From: an uncultured Bacteroidales bacterium
Lineage (GTDB): Bacteria > Bacteroidota > Bacteroidia > Bacteroidales > VadinHA17
Length of the DNA stretch: 64,000 nt
Direction of reading: 5' to 3'
Assembly: GCA_963730615.1 (NCBI GenBank)
Contig: CAVSSR010000002.1
Coordinates: 259,748 to 323,747 of the forward strand
Under the pieces are notes generated by a model. The model saw only the letters and a list, made by a program, of their open reading frames with translations. It was not told where the DNA came from and made no database searches. The translations under genes and the position numbers were made by a program. How positions within the stretch are numbered: position 1 is the first letter of the stretch; each line of letters starts with the position of its first letter. Below are positions 1 through 9,835 of this stretch, piece by piece.

Positions 1-144
1 TCATTATAAGATTCCTTAAATGCAAGGAGCCAAAGGCAGATAAATATTTTTTCATGGTGATTATTGCTTTAGTTCTTTGGAGTAGTCATTAATTCTTTAG
101 GAGGTACGTACTGTCGCTTATATGACAGGGGCGGAAATCCTGTT

Positions 145-1862
145 TCAACAGGGAACTCTCGCCGGTAACTGATCAGCCAGTGTTTCAAAAGGTGTCCGGC
201 TGGGGAGAATAACGTTATTCTCCTTTGCATATTTGTCCCATAACAGTAACATTTCCTTCACTTTTCCCGGATTCTCCGCGGCAAGGTCATGCTTCTCGGC
301 CGGATCAGTAGCAAGGTTAAACAGCTCCCAGTCAGATTTGCCCAGCGGAATAACTTCCCACCGCAACTTCCAGTCGCCCTGGCGGATTGCGCGATTGCCG
401 AAGATCTCCCATGCTATATAATCGTCCGCGGTGCGGGGTGACTCTGCCTCATTGGCCAGCACGCCGGACCATGACTTTCCGATAAGCTGTGGCAGCTCAT
501 GTCCATTATTTTCTTCAGGATACCTGGCACCCGTGATATCAAGGATGGTAGGCATGATATCTGCTATAAACATAAGCCCGTTGTTTATACTTCCCTTCTC
601 GCGCTTGACGACAGGGCCGCTGACGACAAGTGCATTCCTTATTCCGCCTTCGGCAAGCCAGCCTTTATACTGGCTGAATGGGGTCATTGAGACCTGGGCC
701 CAGCCCGGACCATAACCAACATAAGAACCCGGGTCGCCCCATGCATTCGGATCATTTTGAGACCATTTCATTGCAAAAAACAGATTGTCGCGGGTTCCGG
801 GTGTACCTGCAATCATTGCGCCGAGATCGTTCCCCTCCGCACCGTTGTCTCCAAAAATGATGAAAACGGTGTTTTCGTATTCTCCGATTGCCTTAAGATG
901 ATCTATAAGCCTGCCGATGTGATAATCCAGATTCTCTACCAATCCGGCATAGAGCTCCATTTTTCTTCCCAATCACGGCCCTTGTGCCGGGTGCCAGGAT
1001 GGAATATTCAGGTATGAACCACATACGCTCAGCCAGGACGCTGGATTCCGGCACTATACCCAGTTCTTTTTGCCGCTTCAATCGTTGCTCCCTCAGCATA
1101 TCCCATCCGAAATCATATTGCCCGACATGCCTGTCGCGCCAATCCTTCGGAAGATGGTAGGGATCATGGGGCGCCTGGTGTGCGACATAGGCGAAAAACG
1201 GCTTGCCGTCACCGTGATTGGCATCGATGAAGCTGATGAGCTTGTCAGTATAGGTTTGTGTAGCGTAATAGTCCTTTGGAAGCTTTGTCAGGTATTTGCC
1301 ATCCTCAGTAAAAAGGGTGTTGGGAGTTAAGGCATTCATATTTGTCATATCCCAGTAGCTGCCCATCCCGTCAAGCATGACTGAAATCGCGTTCGAAGCC
1401 GCGGGCTGCAGGGATTTTATCAGGCGACTTCCCCAGATGCCACTTCCCGACCATATATGTATGATAACCAACTTCTTTGAGCAATTGGGGAATTGTCACC
1501 ACGCGGTTATTTAGATCTCCTTCATACCCGTCTTTGCCCACCTGGTTGGGTGCTGTCCATTCGTTCATATTGCCGAGGCCGTTAAGGTGTGTATCCACAC
1601 CTGATAACATCATCGATCTCGAAGGTGAACAGCTGGCATGGGTGTAGAAATTCGTAAAGCGAACTCCGTCTGACGCCAGGCCGTCCATGTTGGGTGTCTT
1701 AATCTCACTCCCGAACATACCCATATCTGAATAGCCCATATCATCCGCAAGGATGATAACGATATTTGGTCGCCTGGCTTCTTTCTGCGGATTTGAAGTC
1801 TGGCCGTAGGCAACCTGTAACACTAAAAGCAGTGTACAGCTAATTAAAAGACTCTTTTTCAT
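145..1862 (-). pseudogene. arylsulfatase (formylglycine type), reading frame broken twice
   Basis: Three overlapping minus-strand ORFs (1371-1862, 893-1471, 145-972) read as one sulfatase. Signal peptide MKKSLLISCTLLLVLQVAYGQ, metal site ILADDMGYSD, C-x-P-x-R signature SCSPSRSMMLSG, C-terminal FGDNGAEG block. Frame changes near 1400-1450 and 930-975. Confidence 0.85.
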
Positions 1863-1950
1863 ACAAATTCTCGTGTTTGAAATCTATTTTAATAGTGTTA
1901 TTTTCAGTAAACAGAACCATTTAGCCTCATTACCAGCAATTTGACTTTAG

Positions 1951-2295
1951 TTATTGATCAACTGCATTCACTTCTTCAATTTCTCCGGGCCGCCACCTTT
2001 TGTCAAACCATCCATCAAGAGGATAATAAAGACGCAAGATAACATACCAGTTCTTACCGGGTATAGTCTTTACCCAATTATTTTCTCTTCCCTCAAAGGG
2101 CTTAGGACCGAACCAGACATCAACCGACCCGTCACTGTTGTAAAAAAGGTTTTTGCTTGTATTAAAAACTGAAGGCCATGACTGATCAGTGCTTATTATT
2201 GAGCGGTTAGTCGAATCATATACAACAACAGACCAGAACTCTGAGGCAGGGATATCTGATGGCAGATGCAACTTGTATTCCTTACTGCCCTTCAA
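1951..2295 (-). pseudogene. C-terminal remnant of a DUF1214-type protein
   Basis: 114-aa ORF opening at TTG directly after an in-frame stop. EFWSVVVYD...NWYVILRLYYP resembles the C-terminal DUF1214 domain of the roughly 450-aa DUF1254/DUF1214 proteins (recalled). No matching N-terminal coding sequence in 2296-2509. Confidence 0.45.
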
Positions 2296-2475
2296 GCAGT
2301 CTTCCTTTGCAGTCGTATGATATTATATGTTGCATTTCCCCTTCCGGAGAATTTACATGAGAAACTGTCATTAATGCTACATTAAATAATAAGGTTATTT
2401 CTGATCTTGTTATGAGGAATGTAAAATTATGCCTTATATCACCTATGCACAATACCAATCAATGCGTATTTTTTC

Positions 2476-2483
2476 TAATTTTG
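2476..2483 (+). promoter_or_regulatory. candidate Bacteroidota -7 promoter box TAATTTTG
   Basis: Exact match to the TAnnTTTG consensus, 27 nt upstream of GTG 2510 and preceded by a GTATTTTTT tract. The same module recurs upstream of the other PAS-LuxR paralogues. Confidence 0.4.
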
Positions 2484-2509
2484 CTGCTAACCGTTAGATT
2501 AACTAGCTC

Positions 2510-3270
2510 GTGACTGAAGAAAACCGATCATACGAATTATTTTTCAGGTTCATTCAAACCTATTTGCCGGTTGGTTTCAAGGACATCGACCGGCATGATC
2601 CCCTGATACTGGAACTCGAGGAATTTACGAAGACCAATAATCAGTTTTTCTATGTTGCCGATATGGTCCGCATGAAGTTCGAGTTTACCAGCCTGAGAAG
2701 CAAGGAGATGCTGGGCATTGAACCGGAGGAATTAACTTCTTATCATTTAAAGGAAGCAACCCATCCTGATGACCTTGCGAGACATGGATTGGGCATGGCC
2801 CAGTTATTTAAAATAGCCCATGAACTTGCTGTCGCAAAAAATGGCAGCAGGTTAATTTCATCAAATGTCAGGTATCGCAATCCCACGGGAAATTACTCCG
2901 AATCACCTTGTTCAGTGCTGGTTTTTTTATGCCCAGGCTCCCTTTCCGGCAGTCTGGCTGTTAGATGTTCACACTGATATCGGGTGGTTTAAAAAGATGA
3001 AAAACGGTTACCATTATTATCTTGGCGACGACATCAAATTTTTCAGATTCCCTGATGAGTGCCCTGTTGATGCATGGCCCTGTTTTTTCAGACCGGGAGT
3101 TTGAGATCATAAAACTGATACACTCAGGCCTCAGCAGCGAACAGATCGGTGAAAAACTATTCCTGAGCAAATATACAATCGACACCCATCGCAGGAATAT
3201 TCTCGAAAAAACCGGCAAAACTCATATCTCAGAACTGATTTATGACCTCCACGAGAAGGGATTACTTTAA
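2510..3270 (+). pseudogene. PAS-like sensor / LuxR-type HTH one-component regulator (paralogue A), two frame breaks
   Basis: GTG start. N-terminus MTEENRSYELFFRFIQTYLPVGFKDI...HPDD is PAS-like. C-terminus REFEIIKLIHSGLSSEQIGEKLFLSKYTIDTHRRNILEKTGK is a LuxR/GerE HTH. The product is spread over three frames (2510-2977, 2865-3104, 3022-3270). Breaks near 2899 and 3060 are each repaired by dropping one base. Confidence 0.8.
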
Positions 3271-3458
3271 CCATCAGCCAATTGTTACTTTTTCGTGACC
3301 CTGCTTCTGATCAGGTTGTTACTTTCTTTGCCTTGATGCAGAAAAAGTAACCAAAGAAAAATCAACCTGTGCATTTATTGCACAAGTTCAAACAGAAGGT
3401 GGTCGGGAAGTTAGCCGAAAAATAAAGTCAGCCATTTCGCACTCATATAAAAACAGGA

Positions 3459-3481
3459 GGAGCCAGCTTTTGGCTGACTCC
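3459..3481. terminator. hairpin, possible bidirectional intrinsic terminator
   Basis: GGAGCCAG (3459-3466) pairs with CTGACTCC (3474-3481) with one mismatch; loop CTTTTGG. On the minus strand it is followed by TCCTGTTTTTAT just downstream of tRNA-Val. On the plus strand it is followed by TTCATTATTTCT. Confidence 0.45.
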
Positions 3482-3496
3482 TTCATTATTTCTGTG

Positions 3497-3571
3497 TGGG
3501 ACGTGGCAGGCTCGAACTGCCGACCTCTTGCGTGTGAAGCAAGCGCTCTGAACCGACTGAGCTAACGTCCC
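3497..3571 (-). tRNA. tRNA-Val (anticodon CAC)
   Basis: Reverse complement reads GGGACGTTAGCTCAGTCGGTTCAGAGCGCTTGCTTCACACGCAAGAGGTCGGCAGTTCGAGCCTGCCACGTCCCA. 7-bp acceptor stem GGGACGT/ACGTCCC, D arm GCTC/GAGC, anticodon stem CTTGC/GCAAG with loop TTCACAC, T arm GGCAG-TTCGAGC-CTGCC. CCA is not encoded. Confidence 0.92.
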
Positions 3572-3646
3572 GGGGGAGGCAAAGATAAATAAAAATCCCT
3601 GCTTCACCGTTTCACCGCTGCAATCAGAGCGCTGAAATCATGCAAT

Positions 3647-5537
3647 TCACTTCTTCTCTTTTTTGGCCAGGATCTTTTCAATCTCGTCCATGACCTTGTT
3701 CATCGATTCGATTGTCTTGTCAAACGGATCAGATGTGGTCATGTCAACCCCGGCTTTTTTCAGCAATTCAATCGGGATAGTCCGATCCTCCTGCTGAAAG
3801 GAATGAATGTATTTATCCAGCGCTGTCTTATCGCCACTCATTACTTTTTCAGCAAGTGATATCGATGCAGTAAATGAAGTACTGTATTGAAAAACATAGA
3901 AATTCATATAAAAATGCGGGATGAATGCCCATTCCATTTCAATGTATTTGTCGATGTTGCAAATCCCTTTGTCATGGCCGTAGTAAGCTTTCAATATGTC
4001 CATATACATTTTCGAAAAGGTATCGCCGGTCAGTGGCAGTCCTTTTTCTGCAGTCTCGTGTATCTTCAGTTCAAACTCGGCAAATTGTGTCTGACGAAAC
4101 AAGGTGCCTTTAAAATTATCGAGCCAGTTCATCAGGAGCGAAAGTCTGATGTCATCGTTCTTCTCGTTTTTCATTATATAGTCAAACAGCAATACCTCAT
4201 TAAAAGTGGATGCGACTTCTGCAACAAAGGTTTGATAATCAGCCAGTGGATATGGCTGTGTTTTATTCGAAAAATAACTATGCATCGCATGTCCCATTTC
4301 ATGGGCCAGTGTACTCATATCCCCGTATAAATCAGTGTAGTTAAGTAGAATAAACGGATGCACATTGTAAACTGCCCCTCCATAAGCGCCTGACTGTTTA
4401 CCTGCTGTAGGGTATACATCAATATTGCGTTCACTGATGACTTTTCTCACAGTGGAAATATACTCTTCCCCTAACGGTTTTAAAGCCTCAAGGACAATCT
4501 TCGACGCTTCATCATAGCTGTATTTGAGGTCAACATCTTTTACCACCGGAGCATAGAGATCGAGGTATTTCAGCGTGTCAACTCCCATCATTCGCTTTTT
4601 GATTTCGAGGTAACGATGGAAGGCTGGCAGATTCTTGTTCACATTGTCAATCAGGGCATGGTAGACTTCAACGGGGATATTATTGGGATACAATGCTGCT
4701 TCAAGAGATGAGCCGTAATTTCTGGCCTTGGCATTAAACCAGTCCCCCTTAACGTTTCCGTAGAGCATCTCACCGTACGAAGCTTTGAATTTTGCATAGT
4801 TGTTCCAGAAGGCATTGAAGACAATCTCCCGGTCAGCGCGGTTGGCTGATGCACGGTATTTACCGTATTCTGCCTTGGTTACGACAACTTTTTCACCGTC
4901 TGAAAGAACGACTTCGGGGTTGGGCATTTCGGCGTTTGAGAAGGTGTTGTATACTGAAGACGCCACTCCCCCGGTCATGCCTGACAGGGCAATGATACGC
5001 TCTTCGGGTTCACTCAATGTGTGCTTTTTGGTCCGGAACAAATTGTCAAGCCCCATCCGGTACGGCTCAAGTTTAGGCTCTGATTTGATGAAACCATCAA
5101 TCACACTCCAGTCGGCAGTCAGGATTTCAGGCTCGATAAATGCTGCCTTGGCACCGAAGTCAGAAAACATCTGCTCCAGTTCCTGCTTCATGCCGGTATA
5201 TTTCATGTCACGGGTGTCAAGATCCGAGCTCATGGAAGCATAAGTAGAATAATTTATATGCCTCCTTATTGATTTCCGTACTGAATTCCATGCATTTCAG
5301 CAGGTTTGCTGCCGAAGCGGTCAGGGTCCCCCTGAATTTTGTCACCTCATCAAGTTTAAGCGCGATGCCGTCTTTGGCTGCGCGCCAGTCAGCATCGGAC
5401 TTGTAGATGTCAGTCAGATCCCATTTATATTTATCGGGGATCTCTTCCCTTGTTTTCTGGCCGTAGCCTTCGATGCAGAAAAGCGTACTGAAAATAACAA
5501 GAAATGCTATTCTCAGTGATAATGTAAATTGTTTCAT
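3647..5537 (-). pseudogene. secreted M3B oligoendopeptidase F-like metallopeptidase, one frame break
   Basis: The 528-aa ORF carries the HEMGHAMH zinc motif. The upstream ORF 5217-5537 supplies the signal peptide MKQFTLSLRIAFLVIFSTLFCIEGYGQ and the family N-terminus. Removing one base near 5242 gives ...KLFYYASMSSDLDTRD. Confidence 0.85.
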
Positions 5538-5768
5538 CTCTTTGTATTAGGGTTATTGAATCTGTAAATGGATTAAATAAGCCCGGTCGGCTTAAAACCC
5601 CCGGGATCAAAGTTATACCTTCTTCAGTACCAAATCAACTTCTCTTCCTTTTCGGTGCAACTTGAAGCACAGAGCCAGCTTAGGTCACAAATTATTGAAC
5701 AGGTACAAATAGTATGGCATTTATTGATTAAATTAGGAGAGGATTAGGCATAAAACGCCGGAAAGCAT

Positions 5769-7160
5769 ATGGAATCAAAAACTCACTTTAAAGAACAGCG
5801 CAAAACCATTGAAGAACGTATTGCTGAAGGCAAGGCTCTCCGTGTGAAATTTCCGCGGATCGATCAGGGTAATTACAAACCGTCAGCCAAACGTGCCGAT
5901 CCTGTTGCTTTTCTGGAAGCACAGGGCAAGACCCGGCTGAAACAGCTGGTGCCCATACGTTATGCACGAATGCTTACTTCATCATTCGCGTTCCTGCGCG
6001 GTGGCGCCGGCATAATGGCCGCTGACCTGGCTGCCGGTGGTAAAACCACCGGAATAACAGTCCAGGCATGCGGTGACTTGCATGTGGCCAACTTTGGAGT
6101 GTTCGCTTCCGCAGAACGAAAACTTATTTTTGGGATCAATGATTTCGATGAAACACATCCGGGCCCGTGGGAATGGGATCTGAAGCGGCTCGTGGCAAGC
6201 ATTGTCGTTAGCTGCAGGTTTCTCGGAGGTGATGATACTCTGTGCCGTGAGGGAGTAATGGCAGCGGTAAGCTCCTATCGCAGGCACATGAAGGAATATG
6301 CACATATGGGGTATATGGATTTATGGTACTCGACAATCACTGAAAAAGATATCATAACGTCGCTGCCGTCCTCCGTGCAGAAAGGCCTGAAAAAAATAAC
6401 CACGAAAGCCCGTGGCCGGACGCATATGCAGGTGCTTGGCAAACTCACCGATATCGTAGACAATAAATACCGTCTGCGCGAAGATGCACCGTTTATTGTG
6501 CGGGAAACCCATACCGAGGCAGGCAAACCGGTTGATGTAGCCCTGGGATTGTTGCTCGAATCTTATGTCAGTTCCCTTGCCGATGACCGGAAGGCATTGC
6601 TGGACCAGTACCGGGTTGTCGACGTGGCAAGAAAAATAGTAGGTGTGGGCAGTGTGGGAACACGATGCTGGGTTATTTTCCTTGCCGGGAACAGTTCAGA
6701 TGATCCTTTGTTTCTTCAGGTAAAGGAAGCACAGCCTTCAGTGCTTGAGCCTTTTGTACCGGGGGTGTCTTATTCGAATAATGGCCAGCGTGTGGTAGCA
6801 GGACAACGCCTTATACAGGGTGCACCAGATATCTTTCTCGGTTGGGGGGAAAATTACGGGTACCATTTTTATGTGCGCCAGTTACGTGACATGAAAGGCG
6901 GCGTTGAATTCACACCGGGCCAGGTCGACATTAAACATATACCTGACTACTGTAACCTGTGCGCCTGGGCCCTGGCACTGGCGCATGCAAAATCAGGTGA
7001 CGCTGCCTTGCTCTCAGGCTACCTCGGCAACAGCGATGAACTGGATGAAGCAATGGTCAAATTTGCTTTCGCATATGCCGGCCAGAATGATAAAGACTAT
7101 AAGGCATTGGTCAAAGCAGCCAGGAGCGGAAGGATTAAGGTTGCGAAGGAAGCAAATTAA
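5769..7160 (+). CDS. DUF2252-family protein
   Basis: Intact 463-aa ORF. PIRYARMLTSSFAFLRGGAGIMAADLA, GDLHVANFG and GINDFDET match my recollection of DUF2252. Confidence 0.55.
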   Translation: MESKTHFKEQRKTIEERIAEGKALRVKFPRIDQGNYKPSAKRADPVAFLEAQGKTRLKQLVPIRYARMLTSSFAFLRGGAGIMAADLAAGGKTTGITVQACGDLHVANFGVFASAERKLIFGINDFDETHPGPWEWDLKRLVASIVVSCRFLGGDDTLCREGVMAAVSSYRRHMKEYAHMGYMDLWYSTITEKDIITSLPSSVQKGLKKITTKARGRTHMQVLGKLTDIVDNKYRLREDAPFIVRETHTEAGKPVDVALGLLLESYVSSLADDRKALLDQYRVVDVARKIVGVGSVGTRCWVIFLAGNSSDDPLFLQVKEAQPSVLEPFVPGVSYSNNGQRVVAGQRLIQGAPDIFLGWGENYGYHFYVRQLRDMKGGVEFTPGQVDIKHIPDYCNLCAWALALAHAKSGDAALLSGYLGNSDELDEAMVKFAFAYAGQNDKDYKALVKAARSGRIKVAKEAN

Positions 7161-7231
7161 TTTGCCCTGATTTTGCTTCCCGGCGGGCCTCCGGATTTGC
7201 GGACCCTGATTGCCACTTTACGCGGAATTTG

Positions 7232-7239
7232 TATATTTG
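7232..7239 (+). promoter_or_regulatory. candidate -7 box TATATTTG
   Basis: Matches TAnnTTTG, 26 nt upstream of ATG 7265. Confidence 0.3.
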
Positions 7240-7264
7240 ATCCTCGTAAAAAGATATTACCTGA

Positions 7265-7942
7265 ATGAAACGCATTTCAATTCTTCTGGTATCGCTTGTG
7301 TTACTTGCTGTAACTGCAAACGGCCAGCAAAAAAAAATATACACTCACACCGGTCTCGAAATGATTTTTTCATTCGCCGACGTTGAGCAAAACGGCACAT
7401 CCTATGGTACCCCGCTGAGATTTACACCGGTCATTAATATTGAAACGTTTGTCGCCACCGATATCAGCACCCACTTCGGGTTGTTCACGGGGCTGGCTGT
7501 AAGGAATGTCGGCTATGTATTCGATGAATATCACGACTTTGCCGAAAATGCAATCTACCAGAAGAAATTCCGCTCCTATAACCTCGGAGTCCCGGTGGGA
7601 TTCAAGATAGGTGACCTTAAAAAGCTGTTTTTATATGCAGGATATGAATTTGAGGTTGCTGCCCTGTATAAGGAAAAGACTATTGAAGCAGGTGACAAAA
7701 TAGATCAGAAGGTGGAGTGGTTCAGCGACAGACAGGATTTATTCCAGCACGGGCTTCTGGTTGGCGTACAGTTTCCAAAGGGAGCAAACCTGAAATTCAA
7801 GTATTACCTCAGTGACTTCCATAACCAGGATTTTATTGACAAAGACAACCACAAGCCTTACGAGGGGCTTAATTCAAATATCTTTTACTTCTCTTTTAAT
7901 ATAATGCTCTTCAGGAACCGGAAACCATACCTGTTCGAATAA
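7265..7942 (+). CDS. hypothetical outer-membrane beta-barrel protein
   Basis: Signal peptide MKRISILLVSLVLLAVTANGQ, alternating hydrophobic/aromatic beta-strand pattern, aromatic-rich C-terminus. Confidence 0.5.
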   Translation: MKRISILLVSLVLLAVTANGQQKKIYTHTGLEMIFSFADVEQNGTSYGTPLRFTPVINIETFVATDISTHFGLFTGLAVRNVGYVFDEYHDFAENAIYQKKFRSYNLGVPVGFKIGDLKKLFLYAGYEFEVAALYKEKTIEAGDKIDQKVEWFSDRQDLFQHGLLVGVQFPKGANLKFKYYLSDFHNQDFIDKDNHKPYEGLNSNIFYFSFNIMLFRNRKPYLFE

Positions 7943-7978
7943 AATACCCGAATGCCACTCAATTAACCCGTCAGCTTT

Positions 7979-9280
7979 TTGAACCAGATTCCCGATAGCG
8001 AAAAGAGCAGCAAATCCAGGCTTGGGTTGATTCTGCATCTTCATCCCCGCAAGCTGAAGGAATCGACATTGCGGTTCAATCTTACTTTCGGGCTTGGGGG
8101 TATGGCCGCCATTCTGGTGGTTGTACAGGTGGTCACCGGGCTGTTGCTGAAGTTCCATTATGAGCCTTCACCGGAAGACGCCTATAATTCAATTCTGAAC
8201 CTGCAGGACAGCCTGCTGTTTGGCAAGATGCTGCGCAATATCCACCACTGGAGCGCAATAGGACTTCTATGGGTTACTTTCCTGCACCTGCTCAGGGTCG
8301 CTTTTACAGGAGCTTACCGCAAACCGAGACATGCCACCTGGATATTCGGGCTGGCCCTGTTAATACTCGTTGTTCTATCGAATTTTACAGGATATCTTCT
8401 GCCATGGGATCAGCTCTCTTACTGGGCTGTCACAATAAGCACAAGCCTGCTGGCTTACGTGCCCCTGATCGGAGATCCGATCAGGGAGGCCCTGCTGGGA
8501 GGGAAGGAAGTCGGACAGGCCACCCTGACCAATTTCTTTAACCTGCATACCGGTGTCATCCCGTTGCTCCTTGTGGCTTTTATGGCATATCATTTCTGGC
8601 GTATACGAAAGGCAGGTGGGGTCATCGTGGCTGAAAAGGACAAAGATGGTCCCATGGTTGATACCAGGCCTCATCTTGTAAACAGGGAGTTTGTTGTGGC
8701 TATGGTGCTGCTTGCCCTTCTGTTCATTATCAGCAGCCTGTTTGACGCACATCTCAGGGAGAGGGCCAACCCGTCATTCAGTCCTAACCCCGCCAAGGCG
8801 CCATGGTACTTCATGGGCCTGCAGGAGCTACTGATCCATTTCCATCCCTTCTTTGCGATCGTGGTCTTCCCCTTAACCGTATTAATTGCCGCCTGCTGGC
8901 TCCCTTATATCAGACTGGAAGATAAAAACCAGGGCATCTGGTTTTTGTCAGAAAAAGGTATCAGGTCAGCAAAATTCGCACTTGTATCCGGGATTGTTTT
9001 TACTGTTCTTTTCATCGGGTTCAGCGAGCTGCTGCCTGATCCTGAAGTACTCCTTTCATCCGTTCCCTCCCTGATCACCAAAGGACTTATCCCCTTTGTA
9101 ATACTTGCTGTGACACTCTATTTCTTCCTGAAATACATTCGGCGGAAGTTCTCATTAAACCGGTCGGAGGTTATTCAGTCGGTCATTATTATAATGATCG
9201 TGTCGTACACTGTTCTGACCCTGACCGGGATATTTTTCAGGGGGGCGGGAATGAACCTCATGTGGCCGTGGAAGGTGTGA
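7979..9280 (+). CDS. cytochrome b (fused b6 / subunit-IV type) of a Rieske/cyt b complex
   Basis: 433 aa with about 8-9 hydrophobic helices. Haem-ligand His contexts NIHHW, FLHLLR, NLHTG, AYHFWRIRK. PEWY-equivalent APWYFMGLQELL. TTG start in the ORF track. Followed after 22 nt by the Rieske gene. Confidence 0.8.
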   Translation: MNQIPDSEKSSKSRLGLILHLHPRKLKESTLRFNLTFGLGGMAAILVVVQVVTGLLLKFHYEPSPEDAYNSILNLQDSLLFGKMLRNIHHWSAIGLLWVTFLHLLRVAFTGAYRKPRHATWIFGLALLILVVLSNFTGYLLPWDQLSYWAVTISTSLLAYVPLIGDPIREALLGGKEVGQATLTNFFNLHTGVIPLLLVAFMAYHFWRIRKAGGVIVAEKDKDGPMVDTRPHLVNREFVVAMVLLALLFIISSLFDAHLRERANPSFSPNPAKAPWYFMGLQELLIHFHPFFAIVVFPLTVLIAACWLPYIRLEDKNQGIWFLSEKGIRSAKFALVSGIVFTVLFIGFSELLPDPEVLLSSVPSLITKGLIPFVILAVTLYFFLKYIRRKFSLNRSEVIQSVIIIMIVSYTVLTLTGIFFRGAGMNLMWPWKV

Positions 9281-9302
9281 TACGGTCAAGAAATTCTGAG
9301 AA

Positions 9303-9791
9303 ATGAAGAAAACGGTCAATAAAACAAGAGGTACAGGGGAAACCGGCAGGAGGGATTTCCTCAAGAAAGCCTGGATGATACTCGGTACCGTCGCCGTTGC
9401 AGAGCTTGTATTTTTCGTTGTCAGCCTGCTGAAGCCGTCCAGGGAACTAAGTAAGAGCAAGCCCGGCTCAACAGTCAGAATCATCGGAAATGTTGATGAT
9501 TTTCTTCCGGGTACGGTCACACCTGACCGGATAAATAAGCTTTTCATAGTCCGTGAAAGCGACGGCGGTTTCCTGGCCCTTTCACTGATCTGCCCTCATC
9601 TCGGTTGTTCGGTTCTCTGGGATGAATCAAAAAAGCAGTTTGACTGTCCGTGCCACTCATCGGCATTCGACAAATACGGGGTTGTGATTAATTCTCCTGC
9701 CCCGAGACCGCTTGATTATTTCCCTGTGACCGTCGAAGCAGGAAAAGTCAAAGTAGATGTCAGCCTGAAAGACAAAACGAAGGAAATTTGA
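9303..9791 (+). CDS. Rieske [2Fe-2S] protein
   Basis: RRDFLKK twin-arginine/anchor segment. Cluster boxes CPHLGC and CPCHSS. Confidence 0.85.
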   Translation: MKKTVNKTRGTGETGRRDFLKKAWMILGTVAVAELVFFVVSLLKPSRELSKSKPGSTVRIIGNVDDFLPGTVTPDRINKLFIVRESDGGFLALSLICPHLGCSVLWDESKKQFDCPCHSSAFDKYGVVINSPAPRPLDYFPVTVEAGKVKVDVSLKDKTKEI

Positions 9792-9835
9792 AACCAGTCA
9801 GATGACTTATGCCATTTAATGAAGGAAGCGATAAA

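Noticed and set aside
3271-3646. tRNA-Val as an integration hotspot flanked by a mobile element
   Set aside because: No integrase, transposase or direct repeat of the tRNA 3' end was seen on either side. The imperfect inverted repeats at 3283-3350 look like ordinary terminator-like structure.
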